The position numbers and the translations under genes were made by a program. 64,000 nucleotides of DNA from an uncultured Acidimicrobiia bacterium. Lineage in GTDB: Bacteria; Acidobacteriota; Terriglobia; Versatilivoradales; Versatilivoraceae. Positions 9,513-19,702 of the stretch are shown here, in pieces. How positions within the stretch are numbered: the stretch's first letter is position 1; every line of letters starts with the position of its first letter. The notes beneath the pieces were generated by a model. It had not been told where the DNA came from. It searched no databases and worked only from the letters and a program-made list of their open reading frames with translations. The stretch spans positions 1,164,127 to 1,228,126 of the forward strand of contig CAWBAT010000005.1 in NCBI GenBank assembly GCA_963786955.1, in the 5' to 3' direction.

Positions 9513-10163
9513 GTGTCACAGATCTTTCATCGCAGCACCAATACAATTTCACGAGTCACCATTTTTGGGGCGATCTTCATTATCGCTGCACTCTTGACTG
9601 TGGCGCTCATGATTAATCGTTCCGGATACGTTACACAAGCCGACGTCCCTCGCGAGCAACCTGTACCTTTCAGCCACCAGCACCACGTGGGAGGAATTGG
9701 GATCGATTGTCGTTATTGTCACACGACTGTTGAAATTTCCCATTCCGCTAATATTCCGTCTACAAAGATTTGCATGAACTGTCATTCCCAAATATGGACG
9801 ACAAGTCCAACTCTCGAGCCCGTTCGTGAAAGCTTTCGCAAAGACAAATCTATTCCCTGGATTCGCGTTCACGATTTGCCGGATTACGCCTATTTCAACC
9901 ATAGCATTCACGTGAACAAAGGCGTTGGATGTTCAACCTGCCATGGGCGCGTGGATCGCATGCCGCTGGTTTGGCAACATGCCTCACTCCAGATGGAATG
10001 GTGTCTGGATTGCCATCGTCAGCCGGAAAAATATGTGCGACCTCGTGAAGAGGTGTTTGATATGGAGTACCAGCCGCCTGCAGACCAAATTGAGTTGGGC
10101 AGGAGACTCGTGAAGGAATACAAAATCCAAAGCTTAACACACTGTTCCACTTGCCACCGATGA
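9513..10163 (+). CDS. actA: Alternative complex III pentaheme cytochrome c subunit ActA
   Basis: Five CxxCH motifs (CRYCH, CMNCH, CSTCH, CLDCH, CSTCH). N-terminal transmembrane anchor. First gene of the act operon. Confidence 0.85.
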   Translation: MSQIFHRSTNTISRVTIFGAIFIIAALLTVALMINRSGYVTQADVPREQPVPFSHQHHVGGIGIDCRYCHTTVEISHSANIPSTKICMNCHSQIWTTSPTLEPVRESFRKDKSIPWIRVHDLPDYAYFNHSIHVNKGVGCSTCHGRVDRMPLVWQHASLQMEWCLDCHRQPEKYVRPREEVFDMEYQPPADQIELGRRLVKEYKIQSLTHCSTCHR

Positions 10164-13100
10164 CAAGAAACCACAGTCTTATAGACCTGGCTTCCGTCCG
10201 GTCGAAATTGAATCAGACCCAAGGACAAGCGTATTGGCGAAGCCTGGAAGAATTGGCAGACACCCCTGGATTTCAGGAATACCTGTATCGAGAATTCCCG
10301 CAGAACGTCGATCAGTGGATCGATCCGGTTGGCCGCCGCCGTTTCCTTCAATTGATGGGTGCCTCCCTTGCCTTGGCAGGCTTGACAGGCTGCACCAAGC
10401 AACCCGCTGAACACATTATGCCCTATGTCAAGGCTCCCGAAGAAATCGTGCCCGGCAAACCGTTGTTCTTTGCCACCGCCCGGCCTCATATGGGGTTTAC
10501 TGAAGGGCTGCTCGTTGAAAGCCATATGGGACGCCCCACCAAGATCGAAGGCAATCCTGAACACCCTGCCAGTCTTGGATCCACAGACGTGCTCTCGCAG
10601 GCTTCTATTCTGACGCTTTACGATCCGGATCGCTCCCAAGCGGTCACACAATACGGAGAAATTCGCTCCTACCCATCCTTTCTTGGCGAAATGAGGAATA
10701 CGGTTTCACTCCTTAAGGGGAGCCAAGGGGCGGGCCTCCGAATTCTGACAGAATCCACTACCTCGCCTTCACTGGCGGCCCAAATCAAAGACCTATTGGC
10801 CCTTTATCCCCTAGCTAGATGGCACCAATATGACGCTGTGAGTCGTGATATGGCTCGCAAAGGGGCCCTCATGGCATTCGGGGAGCACCTCGATACACGT
10901 TATGATTTTTCCAAAGCGAATGTAGTGCTTTCTCTCGATGCAGACTTCCTGACAGATAATCCCGGACGTCTGCGGTATACGCGCGATTTTGTCTCTCGGC
11001 GACGTGTTCGCGAAGGCCAATTCGAGATGAATCGCCTCTACGTTGTTGAGCCCACGCCCACCAACACCGGATCGATGGCGGACCATCGTCTGCCTATGAG
11101 CGCTGGAGACGTTGAGAAATTTGCCTGGGCGCTTGTTCAGGAATTAGGCATCCCGGTTCAAAAGAAGAATTTAGAGGGAGCGCCCGGCGCTGCCTGGATC
11201 GCTCCGCTTGCAAAGGATTTGCGACTAAACTCGGGGAAATCGATTGTCATTCCAGGAGAACATCAGTCCCCGACAGTTCATCTCTTGACTCACGCCATGA
11301 ACCAGTTTCTCGGGAATATCGACAGTACTGTTTTTCATACCGATCCCGTGGAAGCCGATCCTACCGACCAATTCGCCTCGTTGCGCGATCTCGTGCGCTC
11401 GATGGAAGCAGGAAGTGTTGATACATTGCTCATTCTCGGGGGCAATCCCGTCTATACGACGCCCGCCGACTTAAATTTTGCGGACGCCCTAACCAAAGTA
11501 AAACTGCGAATTCATTTGGGCCTATACAACGATGAAACAGCATTCCTCTGCCATTGGCACATCCCAGAAGCCCATTTCCTTGAGTCCTGGAGCGACGGGC
11601 GGGCATACGATGGTACGCTTAGTATTTTACAGCCGTTGATTGCTCCTCTCTATGATGGCAAAACGTCACACGAATTGCTCGCTGCTTTCACGACCAGGCC
11701 CGACCGATCCAGTTATGAAATTCTGCGAGATTATTGGAGGAGAAATTGGCCAGGCGCCGCTGTTCCAAAAGACACAAGGCAATCCAAAGTGCCGTCCACT
11801 CAGGCGGAGGGGTTCGATCATTTTGAGCGGCAATGGCGGCAAGCGATCCACGACGGGTTTATTGCCGGAACGGCTTTGCCCGCGAAGAAGACTTCGATGG
11901 ACGCCGGCCTGGTAAATCAACTGCAGCCGACCGCAATTTCCAGCAATCAAGCCAACAGCCAACTTGAGATCATTTTCCGTCCAGATCCGCACATTTTCGA
12001 CGGTCATTTCGCCAATAATGGCTGGCTGCAAGAATTACCCAAACCTCATACCCGGCTCACTTGGGATAATGCGGCTCTCGTGAGCCCAGCTACCGCACAG
12101 AAGCTGCGACTGAATAATGAAGAGCTGGTTGAATTGAGTTACCAGGGACGTAAGGTTGAAGCGGCCGTATGGATTTTGCCCGGTCAGAGTCCGAATTCAG
12201 TCACCCTTCATTTGGGATATGGCCGGACGTGGACAGGGCGAGTAGGTAAAGGGGCCGGATTCAATGCCTACTTGCTCCGCACCACGGATACAGCGTCGTT
12301 TGGTTCTGGCTTAGAGATTCGGAAAACCGGCAAGCACTACCCATTGGCCTGTACACAGCATCATTCCAGCATGGAAGGGCGTAACCTTGTCCGTGCCGGA
12401 ACGCTTGAGGAGTTCAAGCAGAATCCTGATTTCGTTCAGGAGATGGGAGAGAATCGTCCCAACAGTCTTTCCGTGTACCCGGCATTCAAATACGAGGGAA
12501 ACGCCTGGGGGATGGTGATCGACTTAAATGCATGCACAGGCTGCAACGCCTGTACTATCGCCTGCCAGTCCGAAAATAACATTCCGGTTGTCGGGAAAGA
12601 ACAAGTCGTCATTGGTCGCGAGATGCACTGGATTCGGGTGGATCGTTACTTCAAAGGCGAACTGGACAACCCCGAAACCTATAACCAACCTGTTCCTTGC
12701 ATGCAGTGTGAAAATGCTCCGTGCGAAGTCGTTTGCCCTGTGGGTGCCACTTCGCATAGCCCGGAAGGGCTAAATGATATGACTTATAACCGTTGTGTGG
12801 GTACGCGTTATTGTCTCAATAATTGCCCTTACAAGGTGAGACGCTTCAATTTCCTGCTCTATTCGGATTTTGAAACGCCAAGCCTGAAGCTGGGTCGAAA
12901 TCCGGACGTCACCGTTCGATCGCGTGGAGTCATGGAGAAATGCACGTACTGCGTGCAAAGGATTAATGTGGCCAAAATCAATGCGGAAAAGGGAAATCGG
13001 CCCATTCGCGATGGAGAAATTGTGACCGCTTGCGAAGCCGTGTGTCCTGCTAAAGCCATTACCTTCGGGAATCTCAATGACCCGGCGAGTCGTGTGACTC

Positions 13101-13210
13101 GCCTCAAAGCTGAAAAACTGAATTATGGCCTGTTGGCCGATCTCAATACCCGGCCCAGAACGACGTATCTGGGACGATTGAGGAATCCGAATCCGGAGAT
13201 GATCCTCTAA
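10160..13210 (+). CDS. actB: Alternative complex III subunit ActB (molybdopterin-oxidoreductase-like B1 fused to 4Fe-4S ferredoxin-like B2)
   Basis: Twin-arginine signal RRRFLQLMGASLALAGLTG. About 1016 aa. C-terminal polyferredoxin Cys clusters (CTGCNACTIAC, CMQCENAPCEVVCP). ATGA start/stop overlap with actA. Confidence 0.9.
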   Translation: MTRNHSLIDLASVRSKLNQTQGQAYWRSLEELADTPGFQEYLYREFPQNVDQWIDPVGRRRFLQLMGASLALAGLTGCTKQPAEHIMPYVKAPEEIVPGKPLFFATARPHMGFTEGLLVESHMGRPTKIEGNPEHPASLGSTDVLSQASILTLYDPDRSQAVTQYGEIRSYPSFLGEMRNTVSLLKGSQGAGLRILTESTTSPSLAAQIKDLLALYPLARWHQYDAVSRDMARKGALMAFGEHLDTRYDFSKANVVLSLDADFLTDNPGRLRYTRDFVSRRRVREGQFEMNRLYVVEPTPTNTGSMADHRLPMSAGDVEKFAWALVQELGIPVQKKNLEGAPGAAWIAPLAKDLRLNSGKSIVIPGEHQSPTVHLLTHAMNQFLGNIDSTVFHTDPVEADPTDQFASLRDLVRSMEAGSVDTLLILGGNPVYTTPADLNFADALTKVKLRIHLGLYNDETAFLCHWHIPEAHFLESWSDGRAYDGTLSILQPLIAPLYDGKTSHELLAAFTTRPDRSSYEILRDYWRRNWPGAAVPKDTRQSKVPSTQAEGFDHFERQWRQAIHDGFIAGTALPAKKTSMDAGLVNQLQPTAISSNQANSQLEIIFRPDPHIFDGHFANNGWLQELPKPHTRLTWDNAALVSPATAQKLRLNNEELVELSYQGRKVEAAVWILPGQSPNSVTLHLGYGRTWTGRVGKGAGFNAYLLRTTDTASFGSGLEIRKTGKHYPLACTQHHSSMEGRNLVRAGTLEEFKQNPDFVQEMGENRPNSLSVYPAFKYEGNAWGMVIDLNACTGCNACTIACQSENNIPVVGKEQVVIGREMHWIRVDRYFKGELDNPETYNQPVPCMQCENAPCEVVCPVGATSHSPEGLNDMTYNRCVGTRYCLNNCPYKVRRFNFLLYSDFETPSLKLGRNPDVTVRSRGVMEKCTYCVQRINVAKINAEKGNRPIRDGEIVTACEAVCPAKAITFGNLNDPASRVTRLKAEKLNYGLLADLNTRPRTTYLGRLRNPNPEMIL

Positions 13211-13263
13211 AGAGGCTTCAAGTTCCTATGGGCAGAAGCGCCTGAATTATTTCACCTGAACTC

Positions 13264-14649
13264 ATGAATCAAGATCAATCCAGTCCGACAACCACCCATT
13301 TGACAGAGACGGCACCTATCATTGAGCCGGGCTATACTTTTGCCTCCGTGACGGACAAGATCAGCGCTGTTGTCTTGACTCATCGGACCCCGCGAGGCTG
13401 GTATTTTGGTTTCGGAATCGGCTTCATCCTGGTCATGCTGCTCCTCACGACGATCGGCCGGCTTCTGGTTGTCGGAACTGGCATTTGGGGCGTAACGAAT
13501 CCTGTTGGTTGGGGATTTGACATCATCAATTTTGTCTGGTGGATTGGCATCGGACATGCCGGCACTCTGATCTCGGCCATCCTCTTGCTTCTGCGTCAGG
13601 AATGGCGGACTTCGATTAATCGGTTTGCGGAGGCCATGACTCTCTTTGCAGTTGCCTGTGCGGCACTCTATCCCTTGTTGCACACCGGCAGACCTTGGTT
13701 GGCCATCTACTGGCTCTTCCCCTATCCCAACACCATGGGACTCTGGCCGCAATTCCGCAGTCCACTCATCTGGGACGTTTTCGCGGTTTCGACGTACGCA
13801 ACAGTCTCCTTGCTCTTTTGGTTTGTTGGATTGATCCCGGACCTGGCTACACTCCGAGATCGTTCCCCCAACCGTTTTGGACGAATCCTGTTTGGGATTT
13901 TGGCCATGGGATGGCGCGGGTCAGCCCGCCACTGGACTCGTTATGAAGCGGCCTATTTGCTTCTGGCGGGCTTATCTACCCCCCTTGTCCTATCGGTCCA
14001 CTCGATCGTTAGTTTTGACTTCGCGGTCTCCGTGATCCCGGGCTGGCATGCAACCATTTTCCCGCCCTACTTTGTTGCGGGCGCCGTTTTCGCGGGGTTT
14101 GCCATGGTGCTTATTTTGGCGATTCCCATTCGGAAATTCTACGGTTTGGAAGATTTCATTACCCTGCGGCATCTCGATAACATGGCCAAGATTCTTTTGG
14201 TGACGGGCCTGATCGTGTCTTACGGCTATATGATGGAAGCCTTTTTCGGCTGGTACAGTGCGAATCCTTACGAGAGTTATATGATCTTGAATCGGATGAA
14301 AGGTCCTTATGCCTTCTTTTACTGGGTATTGATTTTCTGCAATGTTGTGGCACCGCAAGTTTTTTGGTCGAAACGCATGCGGACAAACATTGCTGTGCTG
14401 TTTACCGTCTCCATTATTGTCAGCGTCGGAATGTGGCTGGAGCGCTTCATCATTGTCGTGACGAGCCTCAGTCGTGATTTCTTACCGTCGTCTTGGGGAA
14501 TGTACTATCCGACTCGCTGGGATTTTGGAATGTTCTTCGGAACCATCGGCCTGTTTGTCAGCCTTTTGTTTTTGTTCCTGCGCTTTCTACCGATGATCTC
14601 AATTTTTGAAATGCGCACGATTCTCCCGCAAGCAGAGGTCAAGGAATAG
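13264..14649 (+). CDS. actC: Alternative complex III NrfD/PsrC-like membrane subunit ActC
   Basis: 461 aa polytopic membrane protein with NrfD-like composition, in conserved act operon order. Confidence 0.9.
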   Translation: MNQDQSSPTTTHLTETAPIIEPGYTFASVTDKISAVVLTHRTPRGWYFGFGIGFILVMLLLTTIGRLLVVGTGIWGVTNPVGWGFDIINFVWWIGIGHAGTLISAILLLLRQEWRTSINRFAEAMTLFAVACAALYPLLHTGRPWLAIYWLFPYPNTMGLWPQFRSPLIWDVFAVSTYATVSLLFWFVGLIPDLATLRDRSPNRFGRILFGILAMGWRGSARHWTRYEAAYLLLAGLSTPLVLSVHSIVSFDFAVSVIPGWHATIFPPYFVAGAVFAGFAMVLILAIPIRKFYGLEDFITLRHLDNMAKILLVTGLIVSYGYMMEAFFGWYSANPYESYMILNRMKGPYAFFYWVLIFCNVVAPQVFWSKRMRTNIAVLFTVSIIVSVGMWLERFIIVVTSLSRDFLPSSWGMYYPTRWDFGMFFGTIGLFVSLLFLFLRFLPMISIFEMRTILPQAEVKE

Positions 14650-14705
14650 AAAGGCAGGCCTTCGTTGAGTCATATGAAACGAGAACCACTGGAGTTCAAC
14701 GTTTG

Positions 14706-15245
14706 ATGCGGTCGAGATCTTCTCTTTACGGATTAATGGCGGAATTTGACAGTGCCACGTCATTGGTGGCTGCTGCAAAACGCACCCGTGACTATGGGTA
14801 TAAGAAAATGGATGCGTATTCGCCATTTCCCATTGAAGAGTTAAGTGAAGCCATTGGGTTTCACGATTGGCGCCTGCCGTTCATTGTTCTTTGCGGAGGC
14901 ATAATGGGCTGCCTTGCCGGCTTCTTTTTCCAATATTGGACGACTGTGGTGGATTATCCGGTGAATATTGGCGGTCGCCCTTTGTTTAGTTGGCCGTCGT
15001 TTATTCCGGTAACCTTTGAGACGACCGTGCTGGGAGCCTCCCTCGGGGCGGTCCTGGGGATGTTAGGTCTCAATGGTTTGCCGATGCCCTATCACCCGGT
15101 CTTCAACGTGTCCAGGTTCGCGCTTGCGAGCCGCGATCGTTTCTTCTTATGTATTGAGGCACGGGATCCAAAATTTGATCAGGAGGCCACTCGACGATTT
15201 CTCGAGTCGCTGGGACCACGCATTGTTCATGAAGTCCCCCATTGA
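14706..15245 (+). CDS. actD: Alternative complex III subunit ActD
   Basis: Small membrane-associated protein following actC. Position and size match ActD. Confidence 0.8.
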   Translation: MRSRSSLYGLMAEFDSATSLVAAAKRTRDYGYKKMDAYSPFPIEELSEAIGFHDWRLPFIVLCGGIMGCLAGFFFQYWTTVVDYPVNIGGRPLFSWPSFIPVTFETTVLGASLGAVLGMLGLNGLPMPYHPVFNVSRFALASRDRFFLCIEARDPKFDQEATRRFLESLGPRIVHEVPH

Positions 15246-15251
15246 TTTGTG

Positions 15252-15986
15252 ATGAAGAGCATCGTGCGTTTTATGAATTGCGCCAAACAATTCAAGAGCC
15301 GGTCTGGCCTATGGGCTAATGAGAACATGGGCCAGTTCTGCCTGAACTCTTTTTCTACTTCTCGAGCTCTGTCTCCGTTCTTGCTGGTCCTGGGATTGAC
15401 GATCCTGACCGGTTGTCGTCAGGACATGCAAAATCAACCCAAATACAAAGCGCTGGCTCCCAGCAGTTTTTTCTCAGACGGACGTTCTGCGCGACCACTG
15501 GTGTCTGGAACGGTGGCCAGAGGGGATCTCCGAGAAGATACGGATCTCTACCTGGGTAAAGTTGATGGAAAGCTGGTCGATGCATTCCCCTTTCCTGTGA
15601 CCAAGCAGATCCTGGAACGAGGGCAGGAACGTTACAATATTTATTGCGTTCCCTGCCACGACCGGGTTGGAAATGGGCAGGGGATGGTTGTGAAGCGGGG
15701 GTTTCGGCCCCCACCGTCCTACCATATTGAACGTTTGAGGCAAGCTCCGGCAGGATATTTTTATGATGTGATCACGAATGGGTTTGGCGCGATGCAGGAC
15801 TATTCCGTGCAGGTCCCAGTTCGAGACCGATGGGCGATCGTGGCGTATATTCGAGTGTTGCAGTTAAGCCAACATGCCAGCCTGAATGACGTGGCCGAAG
15901 CAGATCGCAATAAGTTGAATGGAGAAGCCGGTTCCCGGTCCACACCGCCGCATCCCCAGGAAAACCATGGGTCAATTGGTGAGTAG
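15252..15986 (+). CDS. actE: Alternative complex III monoheme cytochrome c subunit ActE (lipoprotein)
   Basis: Single CVPCH heme motif and lipobox LTGC. An alternative start at 15327 is possible. Confidence 0.8.
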   Translation: MKSIVRFMNCAKQFKSRSGLWANENMGQFCLNSFSTSRALSPFLLVLGLTILTGCRQDMQNQPKYKALAPSSFFSDGRSARPLVSGTVARGDLREDTDLYLGKVDGKLVDAFPFPVTKQILERGQERYNIYCVPCHDRVGNGQGMVVKRGFRPPPSYHIERLRQAPAGYFYDVITNGFGAMQDYSVQVPVRDRWAIVAYIRVLQLSQHASLNDVAEADRNKLNGEAGSRSTPPHPQENHGSIGE

Positions 15987-16013
15987 GTTAAAGACAGGGT
16001 CAAAGGGGTTCTA

Positions 16014-17198
16014 TTGATCGAGATTCAGGATGCAACTCTAAACTTACCCATTCTCCAAAGGGTGCAGAAGCGAAGCTTTGCCGCGGGCGGAATTTTTCTA
16101 GCCTTGTGCATTGGGGGTGCCATATCAAACCCCGACCAATTTTTTCGATCCTACTTATTTGCCTTCGTCTTTTGGAGCGGGATTCCACTGGGTTCCCTGG
16201 CGATCCTGATGCTTCAATACCTTACGGGGGGCGCATGGGGGATCATGATACGGCGGTTGCTTGAAGCCTCAACGCGCACATTGCCGATCTTGGCTGCACT
16301 GTTCGTCCCAATCTTTTTCGGGATGCAGCACCTCTATGAGTGGGCCCAGCCTGAAAAGGTGAAAGCCGACAAGATCTTGCAGCATAAGGCCCCTTATTTG
16401 AATATCCCTTTTTTTGCCTTGAGAACCGTCGTGTACTTTCTGGCGTGGTACAGCCTGATTTACTTTTTCAATAAGTGGTCGCAGCAACAGGATGACAACA
16501 AGGCGGCCCGGACAAAATTCAACGCGGAGAGTCTGAGCGGCCCTGGGCTTGTTATTTTTGGGGCTACCGCAACTTTTGCTTCTTTCGACTGGGTGATGTC
16601 TCTTGAGCCGCACTGGTATTCCACCATATTTGGCATGTATTACATGATCGGGCAAACCTTAACCACATTTTCTTTTACGATTTTGGTTTTGATCCTGCTG
16701 GCGGAGAGGAAGCCCTTGTCGGAAGTACTCTCACCCGAACACCTCCATGACCTGGGAAAGTTGACCCTTGCCTTCGTAATGATTTGGGCCTACCTGTCCT
16801 TCTCCCAATTCTTGATTATCTGGTCTGGAAATTTGCCGGAAGAAACACCGTATTATTTAAAACGTTTAGCCAACGGCTGGTGGTGGCTGCAACTTGCATT
16901 GATCTTGTTCCACTTTGCACTCCCGTTTATTCTATTGCTCTCACGGAGCTTGAAGAGGGCTCCTCGGCAGCTGATTAAAGTGGCGTCTTTGATCCTCTTC
17001 ATGAGATTGATTGATTTGTTCCTCCTGATAGCCCCTACTGGACACGATGGGCATTTCCGCATCCATTGGATGGATCTGGCTGCGCTCTTGGGAATCGGTG
17101 GCGTCTGGTTGGGAGTATTCTGCAGGACCTTGATTGCCCGACCAGTGCTTCCAGTTCATGATCCTGCGTTTGAGGAGGCGCTGCAAGGTGGCCACTAA
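16014..17198 (+). CDS. actF: Alternative complex III NrfD-like membrane subunit ActF
   Basis: Polytopic membrane protein paralogous to ActC. TTG start after an AAAGGGG Shine-Dalgarno. Confidence 0.8.
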   Translation: MIEIQDATLNLPILQRVQKRSFAAGGIFLALCIGGAISNPDQFFRSYLFAFVFWSGIPLGSLAILMLQYLTGGAWGIMIRRLLEASTRTLPILAALFVPIFFGMQHLYEWAQPEKVKADKILQHKAPYLNIPFFALRTVVYFLAWYSLIYFFNKWSQQQDDNKAARTKFNAESLSGPGLVIFGATATFASFDWVMSLEPHWYSTIFGMYYMIGQTLTTFSFTILVLILLAERKPLSEVLSPEHLHDLGKLTLAFVMIWAYLSFSQFLIIWSGNLPEETPYYLKRLANGWWWLQLALILFHFALPFILLLSRSLKRAPRQLIKVASLILFMRLIDLFLLIAPTGHDGHFRIHWMDLAALLGIGGVWLGVFCRTLIARPVLPVHDPAFEEALQGGH

Positions 17199-17661
17199 GC
17201 ACGGAAATCTTGAGCAGATACCGCCTGAAAGCCAACATGAAGCTAGTGATGTCAGCGCTAGGCCTATCTTCTACTTTGCCATTGCTCTTGTCATTCTCAT
17301 CATTTTTACCGTGATCTCGATGAAGGGGCTCTTCAATTTTCTTGATCAAGAAGCCGATCGCTCTGACACGCAGCTTTCCGGTGTTGCCTTCGAGCGCCCC
17401 ACACTGCCCCCCTTACCTCGTTTGGAGTCGGATCCGGTTGCTGTTCGAAGACAATTTTTCCAAAATGAAAAGAAAATCATTGAGAGTTATGGCTGGGTAG
17501 ATCAGAAACAGGGTATTGTGCGAGTTCCAATCAATCGGGCTATGGAATTACTGGTTGAGCGGGGTTTGCCAGTGAGGGCTGAGGCCAAAGTGAACCCAAG
17601 CAGTGAGCAATCTCGAGAGCCGGGAAAGTTAGAAGCAGAGAAAAGCCCAGCTGGAAAGTAG
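17188..17661 (+). CDS. Hypothetical membrane-anchored protein in ACIII-cox cluster (possible ActG-like accessory subunit)
   Basis: GTG start 9 nt after GAGGAGG. One transmembrane helix (IFYFAIALVILIIFTVI). Sits between actF and SCO1. Confidence 0.4.
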   Translation: MATKHGNLEQIPPESQHEASDVSARPIFYFAIALVILIIFTVISMKGLFNFLDQEADRSDTQLSGVAFERPTLPPLPRLESDPVAVRRQFFQNEKKIIESYGWVDQKQGIVRVPINRAMELLVERGLPVRAEAKVNPSSEQSREPGKLEAEKSPAGK

Positions 17662-17673
17662 GTGAGAGGAAAC

Positions 17674-18654
17674 ATGTTACGAAGTCACTACGAGTACGAA
17701 TCGATAAGACAGGCATTCAGGCGATTTTCATCTCTGGTCCCGCCGGGGAGAGAGGCGCGTTGTCGCTCAGTTTCTTCGCCCCTTCAGCGATGGAGGAAAA
17801 TAGTGACTTTCTCGCTCCCCTCGAGTTTTCGAGTCCTCAAATTGTTTTTCATGGCTTGCCTTTTCATTTTCAGGGGAACGAGCCTAACGGCGTCGACCCT
17901 TCAGCCGGCCCCAAACCAGCTCCCCGAAGCTGTGCGCAACGTGGGCATTGATCAGCGGCTCAATGAACAGTTGCCGTTGGATTTGGTGTTTAGGGATGAA
18001 AATGGGAAGGCCGTCCAGCTCGGAGACTATTTTCGGGAAAAGCCCGTTATCTTGACCCTCGTTTATCACGAATGTCCGATGCTCTGCAGTGAAGTGCTGG
18101 ATGGATTACTTCGCACGCTGCGTGTCTTAAAATTCAATATCGGTAAGGATTTCGACGTCATCACCGTGAGTTTTAATCCCGAGGAGGATGCCACGATTGC
18201 CCGATCTGTCAAGGAAACCTACCTGAAGCGATACAGGCGGGAGGGTGCGGAAGCGGGATGGCATTTTCTGACTGGAGAACAACCTTCCATTGAGAAGTTA
18301 ACGAAAGCTGTGGGGTTCCGCTACGGCTATGATTCGGCCAAAAAACTGTATGTCCATGCGGCAGGGATTATGTTGGTGACTCCTCAAGGGCGGTTATCGC
18401 GTTACTTCTATGGAATTGAGTTTCCGGCCAAAGATCTCCGTTTAGGACTGGTTGAGGCCTCACAAAATAAGATCGGTTCAGTAGTAGACCAGGTTCTACT
18501 CTACTGTTACCACTATGATCCGGCCACCGGGACATACGGCCTGGTCATCATGACGATTGTCCGAATACTTGGAATTGCTTTTGTCCTTGGCATGGGGTTA
18601 TGCATCGCTCTCATGTTGCGCCGGGAGAAGGGCGCAAAGTATTTAGTTTCGTAA
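17674..18654 (+). CDS. SCO1/SenC family copper chaperone (thioredoxin-like) with N- and C-terminal hydrophobic extensions
   Basis: CxxxC motif in YHECPMLC and thioredoxin-like fold signatures. Located immediately upstream of coxB. Confidence 0.8.
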   Translation: MLRSHYEYESIRQAFRRFSSLVPPGREARCRSVSSPLQRWRKIVTFSLPSSFRVLKLFFMACLFIFRGTSLTASTLQPAPNQLPEAVRNVGIDQRLNEQLPLDLVFRDENGKAVQLGDYFREKPVILTLVYHECPMLCSEVLDGLLRTLRVLKFNIGKDFDVITVSFNPEEDATIARSVKETYLKRYRREGAEAGWHFLTGEQPSIEKLTKAVGFRYGYDSAKKLYVHAAGIMLVTPQGRLSRYFYGIEFPAKDLRLGLVEASQNKIGSVVDQVLLYCYHYDPATGTYGLVIMTIVRILGIAFVLGMGLCIALMLRREKGAKYLVS

Positions 18655-18697
18655 TCGCTTTTTCGCATTGAAGTAAGATTCCAAAATACCGATCACT

Positions 18698-19702
18698 ATG
18701 CATTCCGAATTCCCATTATTTCCGGATCAAGCCTCTACGCTGGCCGCTGAAGTGGATCATCTGTACTTCTTTTTGTGCCTGGTCACGCTATTTTTTTCAA
18801 CCCTGATTGCAGGGCTTCTTTTATTCTTCGCAATCCGATTCCGCCGCCGGTCGGAAGTTGAATTGCCTCAGCCGGTCACGGGTTCTTCGACTCTTGAGAT
18901 TCTATGGACTGTGATCCCGTCCATTATTCTCGTGGTGATTTTCTTTTGGAGTGCCAAGATCTACTTCTCTATCGCCCGCCCTCCATCCGATGCCATGCCC
19001 ATTTACGTCGTAGCGAAACAATGGATGTGGAAACTGCAACATCTGGAGGGACAGCGGGAAATCAATGAACTCCATATTCCCGTTAACCGCGCGGTTCGCC
19101 TGATCATGTCGTCTGAAGACGTGATCCACAGTTTTTATGTGCCGGCATTCCGAGTCAAACAGGATGTGCTGCCGGGGCGCTATTCAACCCTCTGGTTCAA
19201 AGGGACGCGACCCGGCGAATACCATCTGTTTTGTGCGGAATATTGCGGGACAAAGCACTCGGGTATGATTGGCAAGGTGGTGGTCATGGAACCGGCTGAT
19301 TTTCAAAATTGGCTGAGTGGAGGCTCTCGCGAGGAATCGATGCAGGTGAGAGGCGAGCGCCTCTTTCAGAACTTTTCTTGCGTCAATTGTCATCACTCGG
19401 ACGGGAAAGGCCGTGGGCCGGCACTCGAAGGGATCTTCGGAAAACCTGTCAGGCTGCAAACCGGCCAAACGATCATTGCCGACGAGAACTATTTGAGAGA
19501 ATCAATCTTGAATCCAAGCCTAAGAGTGGTTGAAGGATACCAACCGCTGATGCCGATGTTTCAAGGCTTAATTAATGAAGATGGACTGGCCCAGATTCTG
19601 GCATACATCAAATCGCTGACCCCTCAGGTTCCAGAGGCTGTCAGCGCCCATGCCACGAAAGATCTGGCCAGACCGAATGAAAGGCAGAATCAAAAACCAT
19701 GA
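18698..19702 (+). CDS. coxB: Cytochrome c oxidase subunit II, caa3-type (CuA domain fused to C-terminal cytochrome c)
   Basis: CuA site H...[12 protein letters not shown] plus a C-terminal CVNCH heme c motif. Confidence 0.9.
   Translation: MHSEFPLFPDQASTLAAEVDHLYFFLCLVTLFFSTLIAGLLLFFAIRFRRRSEVELPQPVTGSSTLEILWTVIPSIILVVIFFWSAKIYFSIARPPSDAMPIYVVAKQWMWKLQHLEGQREINELHIPVNRAVRLIMSSEDVIHSFYVPAFRVKQDVLPGRYSTLWFKGTRPGEYHLFCAEYCGTKHSGMIGKVVVMEPADFQNWLSGGSREESMQVRGERLFQNFSCVNCHHSDGKGRGPALEGIFGKPVRLQTGQTIIADENYLRESILNPSLRVVEGYQPLMPMFQGLINEDGLAQILAYIKSLTPQVPEAVSAHATKDLARPNERQNQKP

Noticed and set aside
10019-10651. 210-aa minus-strand ORF spanning the actA/actB junction
   Set aside because: Antisense to two strongly supported, translationally coupled act genes.
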